This document shows, piece after piece, positions 1 through 10,327 of a stretch of 64,000 bases of DNA (positions within the stretch are counted from its first letter, which is position 1; every line of letters starts with the position of its first letter). A program made the translations under genes and the position numbers. The notes below the pieces were generated by a model. That model was not told where the DNA came from. It searched no databases and worked only from the letters and a program-made list of their open reading frames with translations. This DNA is from Syntrophomonadaceae bacterium (GTDB taxonomy: Bacteria; Bacillota; Syntrophomonadia; Syntrophomonadales; Syntrophomonadaceae): NCBI GenBank assembly GCA_034678805.1, contig JAXDBN010000244.1, positions 1,974 through 65,973 on the forward strand, written 5' to 3'.

Positions 1-1935
1 ATGGAGGAATGTGATGCCGTATTCATTATCGCGCTTATGCAGGGTAAGGTTAATGTGATCGGCAGAAGCGGAACCAGTAACCTGAAAGTCAATGAGGTAC
101 TTCAACCCTTAGGTGGGAGTGGACATGAACGGGCCGGATCGGCGATCATTCGTAATACAAGTTGCAGGGAAGTAGCGGATATGATTATTAAAGATATTTC
201 TGCTAAAATTAATCCGCCTATAATAGCCAGAGACATAATGTCAACACCAGTGAAGACTATTGATATGTACCGTACTATGGAAGAAGCTGGACGCATCCTG
301 CTCCGCTACGGTCATACCGGAATGCCGGTAGTGGACGGCGATAAAGTGGTAGGTATTATATCCCGAAAAGATGCCGATAAAGCTGTTTTACACGATTTGG
401 GACATGCTCCGGTGAAGGGGTTCATGACCACCAAGGTAATAACGGTATCGCCTGAAACACCGGTTAGCGAAATCCAAAAGATGGTGGTAGAGTTTGATAT
501 AGGCAGGTTACCTGTTATTGACCGAGGACATCTGGTGGGTATCGTGTCACGTACCGACATTCTGCGCATTTTGCACGGCGATGATTACCCTGAAGACTAT
601 GCTATACTCTATTCCCAAAGCGAACCAGGCACAGAGAACTTTAAAAGCCTAATGCAAGAGAAGCTGCCAGCTGACATATACAAGATTCTTGAAGTAGCTG
701 GTCAGGTTGCCCTTCAACTCAATTATACCGTCTATTGTGTGGGTGGATTTGTTAGAGACCTATTGTTGGATGTTCCTAACTTTGATGTTGATTTGGTAGT
801 AGAAGGAGACGGGCGGGAACTTGCGAAAAGTTTATCGGTCAGATTGGGTGGCAGGGTACGTACCCATGATCGCTTTGCTACGGCGACGGTAATATTCGAT
901 GAGGTAACCAAAATAGATATAGCAACTGCCCGGACTGAATACTATGAATTCCCGGCAGCATTGCCGATTGTGGAAAGGTCATCAATAAAGGAGGATATGT
1001 ATCGCCGGGATTTTACCATAAATACCCTGGCTATTTGTTTGAATCCCGATAGGTTCGGAGAACTTATTGACTATTTTGGTGGTCGCAAGGATGTCCAGAA
1101 TCGTTTGATTCGTATACTTTACAATTTAAGTTTTGTAGAAGATCCAACCCGTATTCTGCGTGCCATTCGCTTTGAGCAGCGATATAAGTTCTCAATTGAG
1201 ACAGATACTTTGCGAATGGCACGTGATGCAATTAAAAGACGCATGCTGGGCAAATTGTCATATAAACGTATATTGCGCGAATTAATCTTAATATTGAATG
1301 AAAAGGATCCGATTCCGGCACTGATGAGAATTACTGAGGCGGGGATTTGGGAATACATACTTCCGGAAGTGAAGTTGGAATCTCTGACTACAATCCTGAA
1401 ACGGGTGCCGGTGGTGGTTGGCTGGTGGGTGGACCGCTACTATGGACACGAAATCAAACCCTGGTTGTTTTACCTTCTGATTATATTTTCTCAACTAAGC
1501 CCTGAACAAATAAGTGAGATACTGCTGCGATTCCCCTTGGGAAGGTACGCTCAACATTGCATCCTTGAATCAGCCCGGATTCCTCAGCTGGTAGAGACTA
1601 TCAGCGATAATCCTGATCTCAAACCCAGTCAGTTAAACCCACTTCTGGCTGATTTGGGTGTAGAAAATATTGTCTACCTGCTATTGCTGGTTAGATCGGA
1701 GGCTGTTTGGGAAAGAATCATAAATTACTTTGATATCAAAGAAAAGGTTACAATCAAGATTGACGGGAATGTTCTCAAGGGATTAGGTCTAAGTCCGGGG
1801 CCGGTTTTCAAGGTGATACTGGATGAATTATACAGAAGTAAAATAGATGGTATGGCTGTAACTCGTCAAGATGAAATAAACCTGGTTAAACAGTGGATTG
1901 CGGAGGGGAGATTTTTAAATGCAATGGCTAACTGA
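1..1935 (+). CDS. CBS-domain / poly(A) polymerase-family tRNA nucleotidyltransferase (CCA-adding-like), 5-prime partial at window edge
   Basis: Reading frame is open to position 1. Two CBS-like repeats (GMPVVDGDKVVGIISRKD, GRLPVIDRGHLVGIVSRTD) are followed by a PolyA-pol head domain (VGGFVRDLLL, DVDLVVEGD, RRDFTINTLA). Confidence 0.8.
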   Translation: MEECDAVFIIALMQGKVNVIGRSGTSNLKVNEVLQPLGGSGHERAGSAIIRNTSCREVADMIIKDISAKINPPIIARDIMSTPVKTIDMYRTMEEAGRILLRYGHTGMPVVDGDKVVGIISRKDADKAVLHDLGHAPVKGFMTTKVITVSPETPVSEIQKMVVEFDIGRLPVIDRGHLVGIVSRTDILRILHGDDYPEDYAILYSQSEPGTENFKSLMQEKLPADIYKILEVAGQVALQLNYTVYCVGGFVRDLLLDVPNFDVDLVVEGDGRELAKSLSVRLGGRVRTHDRFATATVIFDEVTKIDIATARTEYYEFPAALPIVERSSIKEDMYRRDFTINTLAICLNPDRFGELIDYFGGRKDVQNRLIRILYNLSFVEDPTRILRAIRFEQRYKFSIETDTLRMARDAIKRRMLGKLSYKRILRELILILNEKDPIPALMRITEAGIWEYILPEVKLESLTTILKRVPVVVGWWVDRYYGHEIKPWLFYLLIIFSQLSPEQISEILLRFPLGRYAQHCILESARIPQLVETISDNPDLKPSQLNPLLADLGVENIVYLLLLVRSEAVWERIINYFDIKEKVTIKIDGNVLKGLGLSPGPVFKVILDELYRSKIDGMAVTRQDEINLVKQWIAEGRFLNAMAN

Positions 1936-2542
1936 AATGCTAATATGGTTGCCGGCTATACTGATTGGCTTAACCTTTCATGAATTTGCCCATGGTTGGG
2001 TGGCATACAGCCTGGGTGATTCTACTCCTGCTCAGCAGGGACGTTTGACTTTAAATCCTTTGCCCCATATAGACTGGCTGGGTTTTATTATGTTAGTGTT
2101 TTTTAAATTCGGGTGGGCCAAACCGGTCCAGGTAAATCCCCGCAACTTTAATAATATGAGTGTAAAAACAGGTATGATGCTGGTGTCGCTTGCAGGACCA
2201 GCAATGAATATATTACTGGCTTTAATCAGTATGGTGGCTATTAAGACTCTGATCCCATGGCAGGGCACAGAATGGGGTTCTCTTCTGGGACCCCTGTTGA
2301 TTCCCATGGTCTATATAAATTTAATCCTGGCTGCCTTTAACTTATTGCCCATACCACCTCTGGATGGATCAAAAATACTAGCTGGATTACTTCCCGACTC
2401 AGGAGCCCGGTTATTATATTCCTTGGAGTCCTATGGACCTTTGATTATGTTATTATTGATTGTCACTAATTCCGCTAACAAATTGCTGGGTCCCATAGTA
2501 TCTGGCTTATATATGGTCCTCAATAGCATAGTAGCGCTGTAG
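1919..2542 (+). CDS. site-2 protease family (M50) membrane metalloprotease
   Basis: HEFAHG (HExxH) lies in a hydrophobic helix. NLLPIPPLDGSK motif present. The protein is multi-pass hydrophobic. Confidence 0.85.
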   Translation: MQWLTEMLIWLPAILIGLTFHEFAHGWVAYSLGDSTPAQQGRLTLNPLPHIDWLGFIMLVFFKFGWAKPVQVNPRNFNNMSVKTGMMLVSLAGPAMNILLALISMVAIKTLIPWQGTEWGSLLGPLLIPMVYINLILAAFNLLPIPPLDGSKILAGLLPDSGARLLYSLESYGPLIMLLLIVTNSANKLLGPIVSGLYMVLNSIVAL

Positions 2543-2603
2543 TTTAATCTAATATTCACAATGTCAGCTTTGCTAGGGTGACGGCGACGATTAGGAGAAA
2601 GAA

Positions 2604-3335
2604 ATGAGTTACCTGGTAAACCTTGAAAAATTTTACGGGCCTTTGGATTTATTGTTATACCTGCTGGAGAGGGAAGAAATTGATATATATGATATACCTA
2701 TAGCCCGGATAACCGATCAATATATAGCCTATATTGATGCAATCGGTTACTCGGATTTGGATAATATAGGTGATTTCTTGTCCATGGCTTCTTACCTGCT
2801 TAAGCTGAAATCCAGGATGCTTCTCCCGGTTTATGCATCGGATGATGAGCAACTTGAGGAAGGCGAGGATCCACGCGAAGAACTGGTTAACAGAATCCTG
2901 GAGTACAAACAATTCAAACAGTTAGGTGAATATCTAGGAGACCGCTATGAAGATAGTCAGCGGATATTTTTTCGGTATGGGCAGCCAGAAGCCGAGTCTT
3001 TGGATGCGGAGATTGCTTCTAGTATCAAGGCCTTATTGCGCGCCTGGGATGGGCTTATAACCAGGAACAATACCGAAATCGAATTTGAATTACCACAGGG
3101 TGAAGCTATTGCTGAGAAAATGGATGCTATATTGAGTCGGCTGCCGGCTGATGGACTGCCAATTCTATTTGGAGATATATATGGTGAAAATAGCTTTCGG
3201 CGGGAAGCACTGATATATTTTCTGGCCCTGTTGGAATTAATTAGACTGCAGAAGGTCGAGGCCTTACAGGAAAGCCATTTTGGTTCAATAAAACTATCTA
3301 TTCGGGTGGCGATTGATAATGTTAATGCGGGCTGA
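2604..3335 (+). CDS. scpA: segregation and condensation protein A
   Basis: N-terminus FYGPLDLLLYLLEREEIDIYDIPIARITDQY is typical of ScpA. AGGAGA RBS. Followed by scpB. Confidence 0.9.
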   Translation: MSYLVNLEKFYGPLDLLLYLLEREEIDIYDIPIARITDQYIAYIDAIGYSDLDNIGDFLSMASYLLKLKSRMLLPVYASDDEQLEEGEDPREELVNRILEYKQFKQLGEYLGDRYEDSQRIFFRYGQPEAESLDAEIASSIKALLRAWDGLITRNNTEIEFELPQGEAIAEKMDAILSRLPADGLPILFGDIYGENSFRREALIYFLALLELIRLQKVEALQESHFGSIKLSIRVAIDNVNAG

Positions 3336-3846
3336 AATTAAAGCCTCCATTGAGGCTTTGCTGTTTGCCAGTGGTGAACGGATAAGTGAACAAGAATTAA
3401 TGGAAATACTTCAATTGGGGGAAGCTGATCTCAAGGAGATTATGCGGGAAATGGCAGTTGACTACAATCAAGCCGGAAGAGGTATCCGGATTTTAAACCT
3501 CGACGGCGGATATATTATGGCCACCAAGCAAGAACATGCTTCAATTGTAAGCCAGATGATAAAGCCAGTCAGTCGGCGGTTGTCACCTGCAGCATTGGAG
3601 ACCCTGGCGGTTATTGCTTATCGGCAGCCAGTAAGCAAGACAGAGATAGAGCGGATACGCGGGGTCAAAACCGATCGAGTCATTTCCGGTCTGATAGAAA
3701 AAGGCCTGATAAAAGAAATGGGCAGGAAACCGGTTCCAGGTAAGCCGGTTTTGTACGGTACAACCCATGAATTTCTAAAAGTATTTTCCCTATCGACCCT
3801 CGATGAATTACCGAGGTTAGAAAATGAGGAGGAGAATATAGATTGA
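3313..3846 (+). CDS. scpB: segregation and condensation protein B
   Basis: IEALLFASGERIS and ALETLAVIAYRQPVSKTEIERIRGV motifs. Overlaps the scpA stop. Start is ambiguous: TTG 3313, or ATG 3319 / 3325. Confidence 0.9.
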   Translation: MIMLMRAEIKASIEALLFASGERISEQELMEILQLGEADLKEIMREMAVDYNQAGRGIRILNLDGGYIMATKQEHASIVSQMIKPVSRRLSPAALETLAVIAYRQPVSKTEIERIRGVKTDRVISGLIEKGLIKEMGRKPVPGKPVLYGTTHEFLKVFSLSTLDELPRLENEEENID

Positions 3847-4400
3847 CGGAAAAGTCGATTGAAGAACAAGTTAAAATTAAGGCTCAGCAGAACCGCAAGC
3901 TGGCCAAATATATGAGCAGTGTCGAAGAACTGGTAGAAGAGCAAATACGTAAGGCACGTGAACGGGGTGAATTTGATAATCTCGAAGGGGCCGGCAAACC
4001 GTTAGATCTGTCCGAGAATCCTTTTGAACCAGCGGAAATGAGGATGGTTAACCGGATATTAAAAAACAATGACTTTACACCCTTCTGGATCCAATTGGGC
4101 AAAGACATTGATGCTGCAACTGAAAAAATATGGCATGAGGTCGAGGAGTTCAGAAATTATAGTTTTAAATTTGCCAGTGAAAAGCATGTTGCTGTGATGG
4201 TACAGAGATTCGGTAAAAAGAAATCAGTTTTTTACCTGGAAAAAAGAAAACAGTTGGAAAAACTGAAGAAAGACATTCTGAACTATAACCTGCACTGCCC
4301 TACTTTTAGATTGGGCCGAGCCAATATTGAAGTAGATGATGAGATGTTGAAGGTAATAACCTGTATTGAGAAGGCTATTGAGGAGGGACAAAAACAATAA
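3843..4400 (+). CDS. DnaJ-like DUF1992 family protein
   Basis: RERGEFDNLEGAGKPL motif is characteristic of DUF1992. TTG start overlaps the scpB stop. Confidence 0.7.
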   Translation: MTEKSIEEQVKIKAQQNRKLAKYMSSVEELVEEQIRKARERGEFDNLEGAGKPLDLSENPFEPAEMRMVNRILKNNDFTPFWIQLGKDIDAATEKIWHEVEEFRNYSFKFASEKHVAVMVQRFGKKKSVFYLEKRKQLEKLKKDILNYNLHCPTFRLGRANIEVDDEMLKVITCIEKAIEEGQKQ

Positions 4401-4454
4401 TCACGCATAAGCGATAACATCATGGGAATGATATGGAAAAACGGGAGAAATTAA

Positions 4455-5111
4455 GTGACCTGGTTAATCGGGGCAGCTGTTCTTTTACTGGCCATATTAT
4501 TTTTATGTTTACATATAAAAGCAGAAATCAGTATTGTTCTGCGTGATGACCGCGACTGGCAAGGCATAGTGCTAAAAATCACTTCCAGGTTTTATAAAAT
4601 GGATCACAGCTACGAGTGTACTGATCCGCATCTGAACCTATTGGAAGTGATTTTGTTTTCTGCTTTCGAGGCAAGACGACGCTACCTTGCTATGGAAAAG
4701 ATGAGCCGGAGCGACCCTGGTATGAGCAGCAAAATATTTCTGCCTAGGGTAATCAGATCTTTGCTTAAACGCCGCAGATTAATTGCCTTACTGAATTTCA
4801 CCACCTTCGATAAACTGGAATGGGTCAGTATTGTGGGCGGAAACGACGCCCACGATGCTGCAATAAGGAGCGGAGTTCTATGGGGAATAAAGGGATCGAT
4901 GCTTGGCTGGCTCAAAACCCATAGCAAAATAGATAATTCCAAGGTTTTTGTCCGCCCTAATTTTTCCAATCCTGATTATAAGAGCAGCTTTAAATGCATA
5001 TTAAAAATGAGATTAGTGCACATTATAATTATTGGATCCTTTGTAATAGCATTAAAAGTCAGGTGGTGTATAAATGGATTTAGAACAAACCCAGCCCAAT
5101 CACCCTATTGA
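4455..5111 (+). CDS. DUF2953 / YtfI-like sporulation membrane protein
   Basis: N-terminal TM helix. Size and position directly upstream of a ytfJ homologue match the B. subtilis ytfI-ytfJ arrangement. Confidence 0.55.
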   Translation: MTWLIGAAVLLLAILFLCLHIKAEISIVLRDDRDWQGIVLKITSRFYKMDHSYECTDPHLNLLEVILFSAFEARRRYLAMEKMSRSDPGMSSKIFLPRVIRSLLKRRRLIALLNFTTFDKLEWVSIVGGNDAHDAAIRSGVLWGIKGSMLGWLKTHSKIDNSKVFVRPNFSNPDYKSSFKCILKMRLVHIIIIGSFVIALKVRWCINGFRTNPAQSPY

Positions 5112-5496
5112 GTCCTTAATGAAGACCGCCATGCAGAGTATTAAGGAAATGGTAGACGTAAACACTGTGGTTGGCGACGCAGTTGAAACCAATGATGGCA
5201 GTGTAATTATTCCCATTTCACAGGTGGCTTGTGGTTTTGCTGCCGGTGGTGGCGAATACGAAGCCAGCTATTCTTCCGGCAAACCCGAAGAACTACCATT
5301 TGCTGGAGGCAGTGGAGCTGGGGTATCTGTGAAGCCTATCGGTTTTTTAGTGGTAAGAGCTAATGATGTCCGCCTAATATCTGTGGCTGGAAATCCGCTG
5401 GCAGAAAGGGTGGTTGATGTAGCCCCCCAGATTTTCGATAAGATCGAAAGCATTATGGAGAGAAGAGACAGAAATAGAAACGAGAGTTTTCAATAA
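5074..5496 (+). CDS. ytfJ: GerW/YtfJ family sporulation protein
   Basis: VIIPISQVACGFAAGGGEY and GGSGAGVSVKPIGFLVV motifs. AGGTGGTG RBS. Confidence 0.8.
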   Translation: MDLEQTQPNHPIESLMKTAMQSIKEMVDVNTVVGDAVETNDGSVIIPISQVACGFAAGGGEYEASYSSGKPEELPFAGGSGAGVSVKPIGFLVVRANDVRLISVAGNPLAERVVDVAPQIFDKIESIMERRDRNRNESFQ

Positions 5497-5559
5497 TCAT
5501 GCAATCACGGTAAAATAAAAATCACAATATTATAGGTAACAATATTTTATAGCAAGCAG

Positions 5560-5590
5560 CAGTCCGGCTTTAGCCGGGCTGTTCTATTTA
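5560..5590 (+). terminator. putative intrinsic terminator after ytfJ
   Basis: Hairpin CAGTCCGG(C)-TTTA-(G)CCGGGCTG with one G-U pair, followed by TTCTATTT. The U-tract is imperfect. Confidence 0.45.
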
Positions 5591-5653
5591 ATGGCCCTCT
5601 AACATACCCTTCTAGAAGAGTCTGGTTCTAGGACAAGGGTGGAGGGGCTAATT

Positions 5654-6247
5654 TTGTTAAATATCATTTGGCTTTTGTTGCTGGTATCAGGGATCATGGT
5701 GGCAGCACTCAACGGACAAGTAGAGGTAGTTACGACTGCGGCGCTAGAGGCGTCAAAAAGTGCTGTCAAGGTCTGTTTCGATTTGATAGGTATTATGGCT
5801 TTATGGCTGGGTATAATGAAAATTGCTGAAAAAGCTGGATTGATACAAGGTTTGGCTGCTCTTTTGAGGCCTTTATTACGCTACTTATTCCCCACTGTTC
5901 CGCCCCGGGATCCGGCGATGGGCGCTATTATTATGAATCTCAGTGCCAACATGCTTGGTTTGGGCAACGCAGCCACCCCTTTCGGAATGAAAGCCATGCA
6001 GGAATTGCAGAGACTGAACGGGAACCGCCCCGAGGCTTCCAGGGCTATGTGCACCTTTATGGCATTGAATACCTCTTGTATAACCTTTATCCCGGCAACC
6101 ATTATTGGAATACGGTTAGCCTATTCATCTGCCAATCCTACTGAAATTGTAGGGGCTTGCATATTTGCCACCAGTTGTGCCTCGGTAGTAGCTGTATCGC
6201 TTGATTATTGGTTTCGCAAACGTAGTCGCTGGGGAGGACGGGATTGA
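5654..6247 (+). CDS. spmA: spore maturation protein A (nucleoside-recognition domain)
   Basis: MLNIIWLLLLVSG N-terminus matches SpmA-type starts. GGAGG lies 8 nt upstream of TTG 5654; the ORF track alternative is GTG 5639. Followed by spmB. Confidence 0.85.
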   Translation: MLNIIWLLLLVSGIMVAALNGQVEVVTTAALEASKSAVKVCFDLIGIMALWLGIMKIAEKAGLIQGLAALLRPLLRYLFPTVPPRDPAMGAIIMNLSANMLGLGNAATPFGMKAMQELQRLNGNRPEASRAMCTFMALNTSCITFIPATIIGIRLAYSSANPTEIVGACIFATSCASVVAVSLDYWFRKRSRWGGRD

Positions 6248-6783
6248 TGCTGCAAACCATATTAAATACGATTTCACAATGGGCAATACCTTTTCTTCTC
6301 CTCGTCATCCCAGTCTATGCATTTTTCAAAAAAGTCCCGGTTTACGAAACCTTTGTGGAAGGGGCTGAAGAAGGTTTTAGGACAGCTATAAAAATAATTC
6401 CTTTCCTGGTCGGAATGTTAGTGGCTATCTCGGTATTTCGAGCTTCCGGAGCGATGGACTGTCTGGTAGCTGTAATTCGCCCCGCTATGTTAGCTCTAGG
6501 TGCACCACCGGAAGTCCTCCCGCTGGCCTTGATGAGACCTTTATCAGGCAGTGGTGCGTTAGGATTGGCTACTGAATTAATGAAAGTATATGGACCCGAT
6601 TCCCTAATAGGAAGAATGGCCTCGGTTATGCAAGGAACAACAGACACCACCTTTTTTGTCCTTACCGTTTACTTTGGATCAGTGGGAATCAAGAAGTTCA
6701 GGTATGCTGTTATAACCGGGCTTAGTGCTGATGTTACTGGTTTACTGGCATCAATTTATATCTGCAACGTGCTGTTCCGATAG
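6244..6783 (+). CDS. spmB: spore maturation protein B
   Basis: Hydrophobic nucleoside-recognition-like protein, translationally coupled to spmA (TGATG overlap; ATG 6247 also possible). Confidence 0.85.
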   Translation: MMLQTILNTISQWAIPFLLLVIPVYAFFKKVPVYETFVEGAEEGFRTAIKIIPFLVGMLVAISVFRASGAMDCLVAVIRPAMLALGAPPEVLPLALMRPLSGSGALGLATELMKVYGPDSLIGRMASVMQGTTDTTFFVLTVYFGSVGIKKFRYAVITGLSADVTGLLASIYICNVLFR

Positions 6784-6844
6784 CTCACTGAAACATAATG
6801 GATTGTTTTATATAATTTGTTGTGTGGACAGAAAAAGCCATAAC

Positions 6845-6873
6845 TGGACACCCATACAATAGGATAGTATAAT
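6845..6873 (+). promoter_or_regulatory. candidate sigma-A type promoter upstream of fhs
   Basis: TGGACA (6845-6850), 17 nt spacer, TATAAT (6868-6873). Confidence 0.4.
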
Positions 6874-6891
6874 ATTACCTTATAGAAACTC

Positions 6892-6923
6892 AGACATAGA
6901 GACTATATTCTATGTCTTTTTAT
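6892..6923 (+). terminator. terminator-like hairpin between spmB and fhs
   Basis: Perfect 9-bp stem AGACATAGA / TCTATGTCT with an 8-nt loop, followed by TTTTTAT. Confidence 0.5.
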
Positions 6924-6944
6924 ATCTGAAAATGGGGTGTTTAG

Positions 6945-8612
6945 GTGAAAAGCGATATTGAAATAGCACAAAGTTCAAAAATGAAGCCAATTATAGATGT
7001 AGCCCGGTCTTTAGGTTTATCTGAGGACGATATTGAGCTATACGGTAAATACAAAGCCAAGGTTTCACTGCAAACATGGGAACGGCTCAAGGACAAGCCC
7101 TCCGGAAAGCTTGTATTAGTGACCGCAATAAATCCTACCCCTGCCGGTGAAGGCAAGACCACTAATACGGTTGGTTTGGGAATGGCGTTAAATCAGCTCG
7201 GTAAAAGGGCCATCATTGCCTTACGCGAACCCTCGCTGGGACCAAGTTTTGGGATCAAAGGAGGGGCTGCTGGGGGAGGATACGCTCAGGTTGTACCAAT
7301 GGAAGACATTAATCTTCATTTTACCGGCGACATTCACGCAGTTACCACCGCCCATAATCTGTTGGCGGCTATGGTTGACAACAGCCTGCATCAAGGAAAC
7401 CCACTAAATATTGATCCCCGCCAGGTTGTTCTGCGCAGGGTAATGGATCTAAACGAGAGGGCTTTACGTAACATTGTACTTGGTCTAGGAGGAAAAGCCG
7501 ATGGTATCCCGCGTGAGTCTGGTTTTGACATAAGCGTGGCATCGGAAGTGATGGCCATTTTATGTTTAGCTACCGATCTAATGGATTTCAAGCAAAGAGC
7601 AGCCAAAATGGTGGTAGCTTATAAATATGATGGGACGCCAGTAACCGCCGCTGATTTAAAGGCAGCTGGTTCCATGACCCTTTTAATGAAGGATGCCATT
7701 AAACCCAATCTGGTACAAACATTGGAGAACACACCAGCTTTCATACATGGTGGACCTTTCGCTAATATCGCCCATGGGTGTAATAGCATAATGGCTACCC
7801 AGATGGGCTTGAAGCTGGGTGAATATATGATTACTGAGGCTGGTTTCGGTGCCGATCTGGGTGCTGAGAAGTTTTTCGATCTCAAGTGCCGGTATGCCGG
7901 ATTACAACCTAATGCGGTGGTTATTGTAGCAACTATTCGGGCTTTGAAAAACCATGGTGGGGTTCCGAAAGGAAGGCTGAATGAGATCGATATGGCCGCC
8001 CTGGAGAAGGGTACTGCCAACCTGGAGAAGCATCTTGAGAATCTTAATTTATATGGAGTACCCGTGGTAGTGGCGCTTAATGAGTTCCCTGGCGACCAGC
8101 CCCAAGAGATTGACCTGGTAACCAGAAAGTGTGCTAGCCTGGGAGCGGAATTGGCCATATCCCGGGTATGGCGGGAGGGCGGACCCGGGGGTGAAGAGCT
8201 GGCTCGCAAGGTTATAGCAGCTGCTGATAAACCCTCCAGCTTTAGATACTTATATGAATTACAAGCGCCCCTGAAGGACAAAATTGAAACTATTTGCTGC
8301 CAAATATACGGAGCGGATGGAGTGACTTACAGCAAGGCCGCGGATACAATGTTGACTCGGTGTGAGGATCTGGGATACGGGAGCCTTCCTATATGTATTG
8401 CCAAGACCCAATATTCATTGTCAGACAATATGAACGCGGTGGGCAGGCCCCAAGCCTTTAATGTAAATATCAGAGAGATCCGATTGTCAGCAGGAGCAGG
8501 ATTTATAGTTGCTATTGCCGGTGATATCATGACGATGCCGGGTCTAGGAAAAACACCTGCTGCTGAAAATATCGATATTCTGCCCGATGGGGAGATCATA
8601 GGTTTATTCTAG
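6945..8612 (+). CDS. fhs: formate--tetrahydrofolate ligase
   Basis: SDIEIAQ N-terminus and [11 protein letters not shown]-loop. The 555 aa length is typical of Fhs. Confidence 0.95.
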   Translation: MKSDIEIAQSSKMKPIIDVARSLGLSEDDIELYGKYKAKVSLQTWERLKDKPSGKLVLVTAINPTPAGEGKTTNTVGLGMALNQLGKRAIIALREPSLGPSFGIKGGAAGGGYAQVVPMEDINLHFTGDIHAVTTAHNLLAAMVDNSLHQGNPLNIDPRQVVLRRVMDLNERALRNIVLGLGGKADGIPRESGFDISVASEVMAILCLATDLMDFKQRAAKMVVAYKYDGTPVTAADLKAAGSMTLLMKDAIKPNLVQTLENTPAFIHGGPFANIAHGCNSIMATQMGLKLGEYMITEAGFGADLGAEKFFDLKCRYAGLQPNAVVIVATIRALKNHGGVPKGRLNEIDMAALEKGTANLEKHLENLNLYGVPVVVALNEFPGDQPQEIDLVTRKCASLGAELAISRVWREGGPGGEELARKVIAAADKPSSFRYLYELQAPLKDKIETICCQIYGADGVTYSKAADTMLTRCEDLGYGSLPICIAKTQYSLSDNMNAVGRPQAFNVNIREIRLSAGAGFIVAIAGDIMTMPGLGKTPAAENIDILPDGEIIGLF

Positions 8613-8650
8613 CTAACCTCAATTTTATCAGCTTAAAAGTTATGGCCACG

Positions 8651-8708
8651 AAAAAAAGCCCTTTTCCATGTATTATGACGATTGCGTCAACATAGAAGGG
8701 CTTTTTCC
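8651..8708. terminator. bidirectional terminator-like structure between convergent fhs and folE
   Basis: AAAAAGCCCTT (8653-8663) pairs with AAGGGCTTTTT (8696-8706). The A-tract/T-tract flanks are symmetrical. The 32-nt interior contains a further TGACG/CGTCA stem. Confidence 0.55.
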
Positions 8709-8724
8709 AATGATCTGTGTTTGG

Positions 8725-9297
8725 CTATTTTTGAATTAACGCAAACAATTCTGCCCTGGTTTCTGGGCGTGTTTCGAATATTCCCCGTACTGCCGAGGTT
8801 ATTGTTAATGAACCAGGCTTTTTAACCCCACGCATCGTCATGCACATATGCTCAGCTTGAATAATTACACCTACCCCCATCGGTTTTAAGGTGCTAAAAA
8901 TACAATCGGCGATTTGGGAGGTAAGCCTCTCCTGGAGTTGGGGTCTTCTGGCGTAGGCCTCCACAACCCTAGCCAATTTACTGATTCCCACAACCTTCCC
9001 CCCCTTGGGAATGTAAGCTACGTGGGCCCAACCGTAAAAGGGCAGAAAATGATGCTCACACATGGAGTAGATGGGAATATCCTTAACCAGGATTAATTCA
9101 TCATGATATTCGTTAAATGAAACATCAAGGATTTCCTGGGGATCAACGTTCATACCGGAGAAAATCTCTTCATACATCCGGGCTACTCGCTGAGGGGTCT
9201 GAACGATCCCCTCACGGTTGACGTCTTCACCTAAAGCTTCTAGAATAAGCCGAAATGCCATTTCTATTTTATCCTTGTCTACCGGTTTGTTGGTCAT
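8725..9297 (-). CDS. folE: GTP cyclohydrolase I
   Basis: [10 protein letters not shown] zinc/active-site motif and [10 protein letters not shown]. 190 aa. Confidence 0.95.
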   Translation of the reverse strand: MTNKPVDKDKIEMAFRLILEALGEDVNREGIVQTPQRVARMYEEIFSGMNVDPQEILDVSFNEYHDELILVKDIPIYSMCEHHFLPFYGWAHVAYIPKGGKVVGISKLARVVEAYARRPQLQERLTSQIADCIFSTLKPMGVGVIIQAEHMCMTMRGVKKPGSLTITSAVRGIFETRPETRAELFALIQK

Positions 9298-9383
9298 ATC
9301 ATTCCTCCGTGTTTCTAATTTAATTAATCTATATTAGGTCAACATAAGTATTGACCAAAATATAACCACAATTAGTTAAACAT

Positions 9384-10214
9384 CTAACTCACGATATCGT
9401 ATTCTATTTCAAAAAGATCCGCGTCGGAAAGGGTAGAATAACTGTCTGCGTCCACAGTACAACGCGCCGAGATTTTCAAACTATGTTGTTTATCCGCCCA
9501 CACCGAAAGCGATGAAGTATCAGAGGCTTGGAACTTAAACCGGGCTGGATTAGCCAACCTGGCTCGGCTCAAACCCTGCAGCGTGTCTGCTAAACAAAGT
9601 GAACCGGTTACTGATACTCTTAAGTCCGGGCGGTTGATGTGTCCTAAAAACTCATCTGCTACCATTACCATTCGAACCGCTAAAAATAGATCAGGACATG
9701 TTTCCTGGTGGTGGCTTAAGGCTTGTTTAAAGAAATGGTTGCGGCGCATCGCTGGGTCCTGAGCACGAATATAGGGTGTTTTAGGTGAAAAGATTATATC
9801 CTGTTCATAGTATGATTTAATGTCCAGGACAGGTGTCCCATCGATGGCGTCCAAACCTTTTACACGCAACAAATTGCCCTCAACAGCCTCCAGCCGAACC
9901 AAAGTCAAGGCGATCGGATTGGGGCGGTCGGGGGATCTAAGACCAAATACACCGAGCTCGGGCAGGTTCGTGCTGAAACGGCGCGGTATAGTTCTGAGGA
10001 CGGTCCGGTTAGATTTATGAAACCACTGAAGAATCCACAAGTGGGAATTGGCGTCTATTCCCCGCAAAGCTTCTTGATAAGGTTGATAAACCTCGATCCA
10101 TGCCGGCTGATCTGGTTGGTTATAATCATCAAGCCCTTTGAGTGGCGATCTTACGATGCCTATGGGGGTAAGCATTATACCGAAATCGGAATTCATAACA
10201 TCTTTTCCTTTCAT
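9384..10214 (-). CDS. TrmO/TsaA-family SAM-dependent methyltransferase with extended C-terminal domain
   Basis: TsaA-like N-terminal half (PIGIVRSP, GVFGLRSPDRPNPIALT, DGTPVLDIK). About 125 extra C-terminal residues include HHQETCPDLFLAVRM. Start could instead be ATG 10196. Confidence 0.75.
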   Translation of the reverse strand: MKGKDVMNSDFGIMLTPIGIVRSPLKGLDDYNQPDQPAWIEVYQPYQEALRGIDANSHLWILQWFHKSNRTVLRTIPRRFSTNLPELGVFGLRSPDRPNPIALTLVRLEAVEGNLLRVKGLDAIDGTPVLDIKSYYEQDIIFSPKTPYIRAQDPAMRRNHFFKQALSHHQETCPDLFLAVRMVMVADEFLGHINRPDLRVSVTGSLCLADTLQGLSRARLANPARFKFQASDTSSLSVWADKQHSLKISARCTVDADSYSTLSDADLFEIEYDIVS

Positions 10215-10327
10215 AATAGATCAATTATAGCAGATACTTATAAGTGTGCCACGAAGGAAGGCCTTAGGGGAGGATTGTTGTACTTTTTGCAGAAAAAAGG
10301 TATATTGATTGGACGAAATATAAAGGA

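Noticed and set aside
7619-8281. 220-aa minus-strand ORF inside fhs. Similar long antisense ORFs occur at 38038-38829, 35719-36168, 36511-36915, 43893-44366, 49631-50131 and 26670-27110.
   Set aside because: All lie fully within confidently identified genes on the other strand. They lack an RBS and have low-complexity Ser/Pro/Ala/Leu-rich translations typical of shadow frames.
9298-9383. Possible THF or preQ1-type riboswitch upstream of folE; also a GGTCAA-n8-TTGACC inverted repeat.
   Set aside because: The spacer is only 86 nt, AT-rich, and lacks the GC-rich conserved cores. The 6-bp repeat is too short to interpret.
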